Shown one piece after another: positions 56,884-64,000 of a stretch of 64,000 nucleotides of DNA (positions are counted from its first letter, which is position 1; every line of letters begins with the position of its first letter). Made by a program: the position numbers and the translations under genes. The DNA is taken from NCBI GenBank assembly GCA_947260025.1, contig CAMYON010000002.1:3714-67713 (forward strand), read 5' to 3'. The notes beneath the pieces are model-generated. The model was given only the letters and a program-made list of their open reading frames with translations. It ran no database searches and had not been told where the DNA came from. Origin of the DNA: an uncultured Gammaproteobacteria bacterium. Lineage in GTDB: Bacteria > Pseudomonadota > Gammaproteobacteria > GCA-001735895.

Positions 56884-59532
56884 GTGCTCGAAACACTCGA
56901 ACCATTTCTGAAGCAGGCCGCGGCCACAGGGACGCTGAAGCCCGCGGCCATCGCTGAAGGCCTGAAAACACTGCGCGAGCAAATTTACCAGGATTTCGAT
57001 CAGGGCACGCCGGCAGAGCAATTAATTCGCGATACATCGAGATTGATCGATCGCGTGCTCGAATTCTGTTTCCTGCATTTCATCGGAGCACAGGATAGCT
57101 GCAACTGTTGCCTGGTCGCTGTCGGCGGTTACGGCCGGTCCGAGCTGCTGCCTGGCTCGGATATCGACCTGATGCTGTTGCTGGAGAAAAAACCCGACAA
57201 GGCGCAACAGCAACAGATCTCGACGTTCCTGACGTTCCTGTGGGATATCGGGCTCGAGGTCGGCCATAGCGTGCGCACCGTCAGGGACTGTGTGCGCCAG
57301 GGCAAGGTCGACATCACCGTGATGACCAACATGATCGAGTCTCGACTGGTTTACGGCGACCTTAAGCTGTACGACAAGTATCAAAAGGCGATCGGCCCGC
57401 GCAAGATCTGGTCTTCGCGCAAGTTTTTCGAAGCCAAGCTCGAGGAGCAGCATGAACGGCATCTACGCTTTAACGACACCGCCTACAACCTGGAACCCAA
57501 CATAAAGGAAGGCCCCGGGGGCCTGCGCGATATCCAGATCATCGGCTGGGTGGCCAAACGGCATTTCGGAGACAAATCGTTCAAGGAGCTGGTTGAACAC
57601 GGCTTCCTGACGCAGGCGGAGTACGAAATACTCGACGCCGGGCAGCGACACCTGTGGCGGGTGCGGTTCGCGCTGCATCGCATCGCCGGCCGCCGCGAAG
57701 ACCGGCTGTTGTTTGATTACCAGAAAAAAATAGCGTCACACTTCGGCTTCAAGTCGGGCGAACATAATCTCGCCATCGAGCAATTCATGCAGCAGTATTA
57801 CCGCACCATTATGGAGCTCGAGCGCCTGAGTGAAATGCTGCTACAGATTTTCAAGGAAGAAATACTGCTCACCGCCTCGCAACGCAAGCTGAAACCGCTC
57901 AACGAGCGTTTCAATCTGCGCAACAATTTTATCGAGGTGGCGCATCCCGACGTATTCAAGGATTACCCGCCCGCACTGATCGAGTTGTTTTTGATTATTT
58001 CGCTGAATGATCGCTGCGAGGGCGTTACCGCCTCGACCATCCGCCTGGTGCGCGAACACCTCTACCTGGTCGACGACAAATTCCGCGGCGATGACACCGT
58101 TAACGACCTGTTCATGCAACTGATGAGCGCACCCAGCGGTCAAACGCACCAGATGCGGCGCATGAATTCCTACGGTTTCCTGGCGGCCTATATTCCGGCT
58201 TTCGCCAAGATTACCGGCCGCATGCAGTACGACCTGTTCCACGCCTACACTGTCGATCAGCACACGATTTTCGTAATCCGCAACCTGCGCCGCTTCGCGC
58301 TCAAGATACACGAGGACGAGTTCCCGTTCTGCAACCTGGTATACAGCGAGCTGGAGAATCCCTGCCTGCTTTACCTGGCGGCCCTGTTCCACGATATCGC
58401 CAAGGGCCGCGGCGGCGACCATTCGGTGCTCGGCGCCGAGGAAGCGACCAAGTTCTGCGTGCAGCACAAGCTCAACCGCAAGGACACCCGCATCGTATCG
58501 CAACTGGTGCGCGATCACCTGTTGATGTCGGTTACCGCGCAGCGCAAGGACATCAGCGATCCGGACGTGGTGCGCGAATTCGCGCAGCAGGTCGGCAGTA
58601 TGAACATGCTCAACTATCTCTACCTGCTCACGGTTGCCGATATCCGCAGCACCAACCCGAAACTGTGGAACAACTGGAAAGACGCCCTGCTCAAGCAATT
58701 GTATAACGCGACCAAGGCGGTCATCCGTCGTGGTATCGACCAGACGCCGGACATCGACGAAATCATCCAGGAAAACCGCGACGCGGCCTTCGAAGCCATG
58801 GCCGAGCTGCCGTTTAGCGCCGAGCAAATCAATTCGGTTTGCGACAGCGTGCCGGGCGATTATTTCCTGCGCCATCACCCGTTGGAAATCAAATGGCACG
58901 TCAACACGATACTTAGCCATCCGCAGGAGTCGCGGCTGGTCAGTATTCGCCAGTCGCCCAATACCAGTAACACCAAGGTTTTTGTTTACGGTGACGAGGT
59001 TGTGCACGCTTTCTCGCAGGTCACCGGAACCCTGGGGTCGCTGGGCCTGAGTATTCTAAACGCCGAAATCTTTACCACGCGCGACAAGAAGATCATGGAC
59101 ACGTTTATTATCCAGGACCATAACGGCCAGGCAGTGACCGATCCCGATATCATCAGGCGGATAGAACAACGCCTGCTAAAGGCATTAATGTCCGACTCTA
59201 TCTACACGGGGCAGAGCAATACCCGCAAGCCACGCCAGCTAAAGGCTTTCGATCACCCCACCGTAGTGCAGTTCGAGCAGGATTACCTGAACGGTCGAAC
59301 GGTAATGGAAATCAGTGCGCTGGACATGCCCGGACTGTTGTCGGTCATCGCCAATGTCATTGCCGAAATGGATATCGATATCACCCATGCCAAGATCTCG
59401 ACCCTCGGTGAAAAAATCGACGACATTTTTTACCTCACCACGCCGAACGGAAAAGCTATAACCGACCAGTCGATACTGGAGCAACTGGAGAAGAAGCTGG
59501 TGGCATCGCTGGAAGCCCGCAAGGCGGCATAG
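56884..59532 (+). CDS. glnD: Bifunctional uridylyltransferase/uridylyl-removing enzyme (PII uridylyltransferase)
   Basis: Nucleotidyltransferase motif GGYGRSELLPGSDIDL, HD domain (HDIAKG) and two C-terminal ACT domains. 882 aa. Probable GTG start. Confidence 0.9.
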   Translation: MLETLEPFLKQAAATGTLKPAAIAEGLKTLREQIYQDFDQGTPAEQLIRDTSRLIDRVLEFCFLHFIGAQDSCNCCLVAVGGYGRSELLPGSDIDLMLLLEKKPDKAQQQQISTFLTFLWDIGLEVGHSVRTVRDCVRQGKVDITVMTNMIESRLVYGDLKLYDKYQKAIGPRKIWSSRKFFEAKLEEQHERHLRFNDTAYNLEPNIKEGPGGLRDIQIIGWVAKRHFGDKSFKELVEHGFLTQAEYEILDAGQRHLWRVRFALHRIAGRREDRLLFDYQKKIASHFGFKSGEHNLAIEQFMQQYYRTIMELERLSEMLLQIFKEEILLTASQRKLKPLNERFNLRNNFIEVAHPDVFKDYPPALIELFLIISLNDRCEGVTASTIRLVREHLYLVDDKFRGDDTVNDLFMQLMSAPSGQTHQMRRMNSYGFLAAYIPAFAKITGRMQYDLFHAYTVDQHTIFVIRNLRRFALKIHEDEFPFCNLVYSELENPCLLYLAALFHDIAKGRGGDHSVLGAEEATKFCVQHKLNRKDTRIVSQLVRDHLLMSVTAQRKDISDPDVVREFAQQVGSMNMLNYLYLLTVADIRSTNPKLWNNWKDALLKQLYNATKAVIRRGIDQTPDIDEIIQENRDAAFEAMAELPFSAEQINSVCDSVPGDYFLRHHPLEIKWHVNTILSHPQESRLVSIRQSPNTSNTKVFVYGDEVVHAFSQVTGTLGSLGLSILNAEIFTTRDKKIMDTFIIQDHNGQAVTDPDIIRRIEQRLLKALMSDSIYTGQSNTRKPRQLKAFDHPTVVQFEQDYLNGRTVMEISALDMPGLLSVIANVIAEMDIDITHAKISTLGEKIDDIFYLTTPNGKAITDQSILEQLEKKLVASLEARKAA

Positions 59533-59540
59533 GAAATCGC

Positions 59541-61124
59541 ATGCCCTCTTCCCTGGGTAATCCATTCCAGCAGGCGCTGGACGGCGAAAACAACGCGATT
59601 CAGTTCGATGTCGCCTACCCGGTTCACGGCAGCCTGGCCAGCGCCGTGGCGGAATTGCGTCAAATCCATGGGCAGGATATCTACCTGTTGCCGATGTCCG
59701 GCACTTCCTGCGGCGGGGGCATATTCCAGGCGCCTGGTCCCAGCCATCCGCCAGGCACGGTAATCGGGCTCAGATTCGATCCGCCGGCGGTTCCGCGGGT
59801 CACGCTCGACACCGCGCCGAAGCTGGCCGACCTGGAGCTCGACCAAATCGTCATCGACCTGCAGACACAGCAGGTGGCAGCCGGTGCTGCCATCACGCTG
59901 GGACAGCTGAACCAGGCGCTGGCGCAGCAACTGGGACACAATTTCAAGGTCCCGGGTGCCGATCTGACCAGCTACCTGTATGCGGCGGTAGGGGCCACCT
60001 TCATGACTGGCGGTATGGGCCCGCAGCGTCGTTATTTTAGCGACAGCGTGGTCGGGGCCGCGATATTCGATGGCGATGCAGTCTGCAACATTATCGGCGA
60101 GGATCTGCAGGGCTACGCCGGCAGCTACGGCTGGAGCGGTATAGTCACCGCGGTGCGCTGTGCCTACTACCGCTTCCCGGATAATGAAGTGGCCTTCGCG
60201 CTGCCGGTCTCCAACCATCCCGACGATATTGCCCGGCTGCTGGACCGACTGTCGGCGTATTGCTATCTCGAGCTGGATCGAAACGGGGCCAGCTCCGCCG
60301 CCAATCAGGACGACCTGATTCTCGGGCTCGAGCATGTCAGCACCAGCTCGATGCGCCCGCTGCTGCGCGCCGTCGGTAAAAATCCGATGGCCGCACGGGC
60401 ACAGGACCTGCAACAAAAATGTGACGCTGCCAACGCCGACGGCCTGATCTTCGTCAACGGCTTCAGCCAGCGCTCGATCGACGAGTTTCTAACCGACATC
60501 TGCGACGAGCATCCGGCCGGCGAATTCACCATCGCGGGAGTTGCACTGGAACACGCCGAGGTTTTTACCGACCCGGAAGAAATGCGGGCGCTGCGCGAGG
60601 CCATACCCTACGAGGCCCGCATGCAAACACCCGGCGGCCGGCTGGTTTACAAAAACCACAGCGATGCAAACATTCGGATCGGCGCGGATGCGGTCTTTCG
60701 CAGCGTGCAGCAAATCTGGCATATCAACCGTGACTACGTTGACACGGTCGAAGGCTACTTCGACACCAACCCGGACATCGATGGCGAAATCCTGGTTTAC
60801 GGCCATCTCAATCCCTACGGCATCGACCCGCATAACCGGGTTACGATTAGCAGCGACGACGAGGCAGCGTTCGAGCGCGCCCGTGAATTCCTGCTAGAGC
60901 AGCGCGCGCGCTACTACCGGGGCCTCGAAACGCTGTGCCAAACCGGCGACGCGGTTTTCATCGGCGGTGAAAAAGCCGCCGATTCGGAAATTGCTATCTT
61001 CGAGGCGCTCGGCGGACCCCATCAATCACCGCCTGCCCTGTTTCGGCGATTCCAGCAGCAGCAGGCGACCATCGGCGCTGCGGCGCCAATGCTCAACTGG
61101 CGCGCGCTCCAGCCTTATCGCTGA
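59541..61124 (+). CDS. Hypothetical protein with a divergent FAD-binding PCMH-type (FAD-linked oxidase-like) N-terminal region
   Basis: PMSGTSCGGG...VTLDTAPKLADLELDQIVIDLQTQQVAAGAAITLGQLNQAL parallels the GlcD/FAD_binding_4 GGGTxxxGG...VTLGELNRAL blocks. The remainder has no recognisable family. Confidence 0.4.
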   Translation: MPSSLGNPFQQALDGENNAIQFDVAYPVHGSLASAVAELRQIHGQDIYLLPMSGTSCGGGIFQAPGPSHPPGTVIGLRFDPPAVPRVTLDTAPKLADLELDQIVIDLQTQQVAAGAAITLGQLNQALAQQLGHNFKVPGADLTSYLYAAVGATFMTGGMGPQRRYFSDSVVGAAIFDGDAVCNIIGEDLQGYAGSYGWSGIVTAVRCAYYRFPDNEVAFALPVSNHPDDIARLLDRLSAYCYLELDRNGASSAANQDDLILGLEHVSTSSMRPLLRAVGKNPMAARAQDLQQKCDAANADGLIFVNGFSQRSIDEFLTDICDEHPAGEFTIAGVALEHAEVFTDPEEMRALREAIPYEARMQTPGGRLVYKNHSDANIRIGADAVFRSVQQIWHINRDYVDTVEGYFDTNPDIDGEILVYGHLNPYGIDPHNRVTISSDDEAAFERAREFLLEQRARYYRGLETLCQTGDAVFIGGEKAADSEIAIFEALGGPHQSPPALFRRFQQQQATIGAAAPMLNWRALQPYR

Positions 61125-61182
61125 CAGGCCGGGTAATCGCGCACAGGTGGGTGGCGCAACGCGATCTGCGCCCGGCAGGCGA

Positions 61183-62934
61183 TCAGGATTTAAACTCCAG
61201 CAGCCGGGTCAAGGCCGGTAACGCCGCTGCGGGGTGCATGCCCAGGGCCTTGAGTTCGTCAAGCACGGGAACCGGCAGCGCCTGGGTCTCGATCTTCTGG
61301 TTCAAAACACCGCCCATAATCACCGGCACCGACAATTGCGCCTCGTCGAGCTGCCGTCTTAACTGCTGTGCGTACTCGAGCGCCATACCGTTATGGGTAC
61401 TGAGCAGCAGGACATCGGCGGGATTGTTGCGCAAGGCTGCAACCAGGTCGCCGGGATCCTGCTCGGCACCGAGGTAGACGACTTTCGCCTCGGTTTCCCC
61501 GAGCAGCTGTGCCAGGGCACCGGCCGCATGTTCATGCACGTCGCTGGAAGCGATCAAGAAACATTTATCCTTGACGCGGTCACGTAAACCCGGGGCGGCG
61601 AACAGCGGACGATGCTCGTCGATGACCTGCTGTGACATGTGGTAGATATCGGTACCGGTGGCGGCGTTGGCGTCGAGTTCCGATGCAAACAAGCGTTCGA
61701 AGCGCTGTGCGCCCATTTTCTTGAGCACGAATAGCATTTGTAACGGGTTGGCGGTATCGACGCCAACATCGCGCAAACCATCGAGCGCCCGGTGGTAGAT
61801 TTCGTTGCCCTGCCGGCAAACCTCGTCGGCGAAGCTCTGCGCCGCGGAGAAATCAACATGCGGGTAAAGCCGGCGCGCGCTTGCTTCCACCCGCCTCCCG
61901 AATAGCTGCGCCTCGATAATTTCCTCGGCAGAAGGAATCCGAATCGCCTCGGTGACCGGTAACGGCAACACCGCGTGACCGCTGGGCGCGTGCATCTGGA
62001 TCAGGATATCCCACAACAGGTACTCCGCGGTCAACGCCCGGTTCTGCTCGAATTCATGACCGAAAGAAATCGTATCCCCGTAGATCATCGAGCCCACCTG
62101 CTGGCCCTGGTGGATTCGATGCAGTGCCAGCACCCAGCCCGCTCGCTTCACCGGATCGCTGGTCAGTCCACCGATACAGTGGCTCAGGCGTGCACCGATC
62201 AACTCCTCTACGATGTAGCGTTCCAGCATCGCCCAGGCCGCGACGGTAGCGCAGTGTCGAAACAGGGCTCCATAGCCGTCTTCGAGGTAGGAATGCAGCA
62301 TCGTGCCACGGTCGCGTAATGCGCCCATTATCGCCATGGCCTGGTAAGTCTGCGCCGCGGTTTCCGCGGCATCGGACCAGCCCGGCGCCTCGAAAGTAAA
62401 ATACTGCGACAGGTTACCGATCGTGGTGCAGCCGATGCGCAGCGCCTGCAGGGTGTTGGCGACCGAAGCCGGCTGGCCGATCATGAAGTCGCCCAGGTGC
62501 GGCTGTATCGGCGCCGCTTGCGCCAGCGCGTCCCAGTCATACTGCCGCGTTAACATCGGCCCGGTCTCGGCCGCCGCCGCGGCTCGCCTGTCCGCCGGCA
62601 GACCCATGCGGCGATCGATTGCGAACCCGGCACGATCGAGGTAGTACTCCCGGTTGCCCAGCTCGTGATGAATCTTGCGCAGCGCGGCAGCGGTCGTATC
62701 GATGTCGTTCATGCCAATATGGGCGTGGTACATGATCCGGCCGTCTCGCATTGCCTGCCGCTTGTATTCCAGTTCTGACGCGATACCGAATTTATGCAGA
62801 AATGCAGATTGCCCGATGCTAACCTGTCCCGCCAGCTCGACGGCCTCGGCGCGTAGTTGATTGAAATCAGGTAACCGGGTTTGCAGCAGCGGCCGCAGCG
62901 ATTCGATAGTCTGCGACATCGCTTCAGCGGTCAA
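61183..62934 (-). CDS. Cobalamin (B12)-binding domain protein, mutase-like: large N-terminal domain fused to a C-terminal Rossmann-type B12-binding domain
   Basis: The C-terminal ~130 aa (KDKCFLIASSDVHEHAAGALAQLLG...VLLLSTHNGMA...VPVIMGGVL) resemble the DxHxxG B12-binding domains of MCM/GlmS with a one-residue insertion. The N-terminal ~430 aa are unassigned. Its start overlaps the upstream beta-CA by 11 bp. Confidence 0.5.
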   Translation of the reverse strand: MTAEAMSQTIESLRPLLQTRLPDFNQLRAEAVELAGQVSIGQSAFLHKFGIASELEYKRQAMRDGRIMYHAHIGMNDIDTTAAALRKIHHELGNREYYLDRAGFAIDRRMGLPADRRAAAAAETGPMLTRQYDWDALAQAAPIQPHLGDFMIGQPASVANTLQALRIGCTTIGNLSQYFTFEAPGWSDAAETAAQTYQAMAIMGALRDRGTMLHSYLEDGYGALFRHCATVAAWAMLERYIVEELIGARLSHCIGGLTSDPVKRAGWVLALHRIHQGQQVGSMIYGDTISFGHEFEQNRALTAEYLLWDILIQMHAPSGHAVLPLPVTEAIRIPSAEEIIEAQLFGRRVEASARRLYPHVDFSAAQSFADEVCRQGNEIYHRALDGLRDVGVDTANPLQMLFVLKKMGAQRFERLFASELDANAATGTDIYHMSQQVIDEHRPLFAAPGLRDRVKDKCFLIASSDVHEHAAGALAQLLGETEAKVVYLGAEQDPGDLVAALRNNPADVLLLSTHNGMALEYAQQLRRQLDEAQLSVPVIMGGVLNQKIETQALPVPVLDELKALGMHPAAALPALTRLLEFKS

Positions 62935-63544
62935 AATCGAAAAAGTCCACGCTGCCGGTTTCGAGCGAATACTCGGCGCCGACCACCCGCAACTGGTCCC
63001 TGGCGATCAGCTTTTCCAGAATTTCCGAGCCATGCCGTAACTGGTTGGCCGAGACCCGGATGTTGGCACGCACCGCCTGTTCCACCAGCTGTTCGGAATC
63101 GAGCTGCAGGCCGGCGTCGAGCAGGGACTGCACCGAGGGCCGAATGCGATCGACAATCGATCTCAGGTTCGGCGAACGGTTCTCGCTCGGGCGCTCCAGT
63201 TGTTCGAGGGTTGCCTGGATGGCGCCGCAGCCGGAGTGGCCCAGCACGACCACCAGCGGCGTGCCGAAGCGCTCGACCGCGAATTCGACGCTGCCAACCT
63301 GTGACGGCGCGATGATATTGCCGGCAACCCGGATCACGAACAGGTCGCCGAGACCCTGGTCGAAAACGATTTCAGCCGGCACCCGCGCATCGGAACAACC
63401 GATAATAATGGCGAACGGTTCCTGGCGCGGTACCAGGCGGTAGCGGCGCGCGGCTTCCGATTGCAGGGCCTGGTCCTGGACCTCGGCCACGAACCGGCGG
63501 TTACCCTCGAGCAAGGCGTCCAGCGCCTGTTGTGCAGTCCTCAC
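62924..63544 (-). CDS. Beta-class carbonic anhydrase
   Basis: Zinc ligands in IIGCSDARVP and GHSGCGA. 206 aa. Confidence 0.88.
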   Translation of the reverse strand: MRTAQQALDALLEGNRRFVAEVQDQALQSEAARRYRLVPRQEPFAIIIGCSDARVPAEIVFDQGLGDLFVIRVAGNIIAPSQVGSVEFAVERFGTPLVVVLGHSGCGAIQATLEQLERPSENRSPNLRSIVDRIRPSVQSLLDAGLQLDSEQLVEQAVRANIRVSANQLRHGSEILEKLIARDQLRVVGAEYSLETGSVDFFDFDR

Positions 63545-63584
63545 AATTTTCCTCCCCCTTTAGTTCTCGGCCTCAGGCACCGGG

Positions 63585-63944
63585 TCATTTCGATTTATCC
63601 GACCACACGGCGAACTCGTTGCCGCTGGGCTCGCAAAAATGGAACCGGCGCCCGCCCGGAAAAACAAATATCGGCTTCTCGATGCGTCCCCCGGCACGTT
63701 CTATTTTTAGCAGTGTGGCTTCCAGGTCCGCGCTGTAGAATACCAGCAGCGCGGAGCCGTTGCGCGTGCTCGAGTAGAGTTCGGAGCGATAGAAACCGCC
63801 ATCCAGACCCTGTTTCGAAAAGGCGCAGTAGTCAGGGCCAAATTCTTCGAAACTCCAGCCGAATACCTCGCTAAAAAATGCACGCGTGGTTTCGATGTTG
63901 GCAGCCGGGTACTCGACGTAATCCAGTTTTTCATGCTCGCTCAT
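63585..63944 (-). CDS. VOC family (glyoxalase/bleomycin-resistance fold) protein
   Basis: 119 aa, ...IETTRAFFSEVFGWSF...GGRIEKP... Two beta-alpha-beta-beta-beta modules typical of VOC proteins. Confidence 0.7.
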   Translation of the reverse strand: MSEHEKLDYVEYPAANIETTRAFFSEVFGWSFEEFGPDYCAFSKQGLDGGFYRSELYSSTRNGSALLVFYSADLEATLLKIERAGGRIEKPIFVFPGGRRFHFCEPSGNEFAVWSDKSK

Positions 63945-64000
63945 GTCGCTGCTCCTGCCTCGGGTTTGATCCAGACCGCGGTATCGTGAAAAATGGCGCC

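Overview
This is a GC-rich (~60%) chromosomal segment that looks gammaproteobacterial. Almost the whole window is coding, and I found no transposase, integrase, CRISPR array, tRNA or rRNA.

Gene content, in order:
- (1) Two tandem GNAT acetyltransferases, a GstB-like glutathione transferase and a PhzF-family isomerase.
- (2) A three-gene molybdopterin oxidoreductase operon (catalytic, Fe-S and membrane-anchor subunits). Neither soluble subunit has a Tat signal, which fits the cytoplasm-facing SoeABC sulfite dehydrogenase architecture.
- (3) An FtsH-type AAA metalloprotease outside the canonical ftsJ-ftsH-folP context. It is translationally coupled to a tandem double PRC-barrel protein and followed by the protein-repair methyltransferase Pcm.
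- (4) The class II (B12-dependent) ribonucleotide reductase NrdJ, preceded by a long leader.
- (5) A LivGFHM-type ABC transporter with a convergent substrate-binding protein.
- (6) A class II DAHP synthase and an MTHFR-like gene.
- (7) A SelD selenophosphate synthetase fused to an N-terminal FAD/NAD(P) oxidoreductase domain.
- (8) A PQQ-type sugar dehydrogenase coupled to a small CPXCG zinc-ribbon protein.
- (9) argG, acyP, an MBL hydrolase and several lipoproteins.
- (10) A short Leu/Val/Phe-type amino-acid dehydrogenase followed by a three-gene 2-oxoacid:ferredoxin oxidoreductase (fused gamma-delta, alpha, beta).
- (11) Housekeeping genes: a YbaK-like deacylase, a HAD hydrolase, a Prx5 peroxiredoxin, a SAM methyltransferase, truD and tsaB.
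- (12) A 1,659-residue secreted protein of somewhat lower GC (NHL beta-propellers, an FN3 domain, a long TPR array and a transglutaminase-like cysteine protease core). It is translationally coupled to a small secreted protein and sits where lpxB-rnhB normally follow lpxA.
- (13) The conserved lpxA-fabZ-lpxD-skp-bamA-rseP-dxr-cdsA-uppS-frr-pyrH-tsf-rpsB cluster. Here rpsB carries a ~140-residue acidic-then-basic (AATKK)n tail encoded by a 15-bp tandem repeat.
- (14) map, glnD, an orphan FAD-linked-oxidase-like gene, and a cobalamin-binding mutase-like protein overlapping a beta-carbonic anhydrase.

Most promising for follow-up:
- the giant NHL/TPR/transglutaminase gene pair (12);
- the FtsH-PRC-barrel-Pcm module (3);
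- the B12-protein/carbonic-anhydrase pair (14);
- the SelD fusion (7);
- the repeat-extended ribosomal protein S2 (13).
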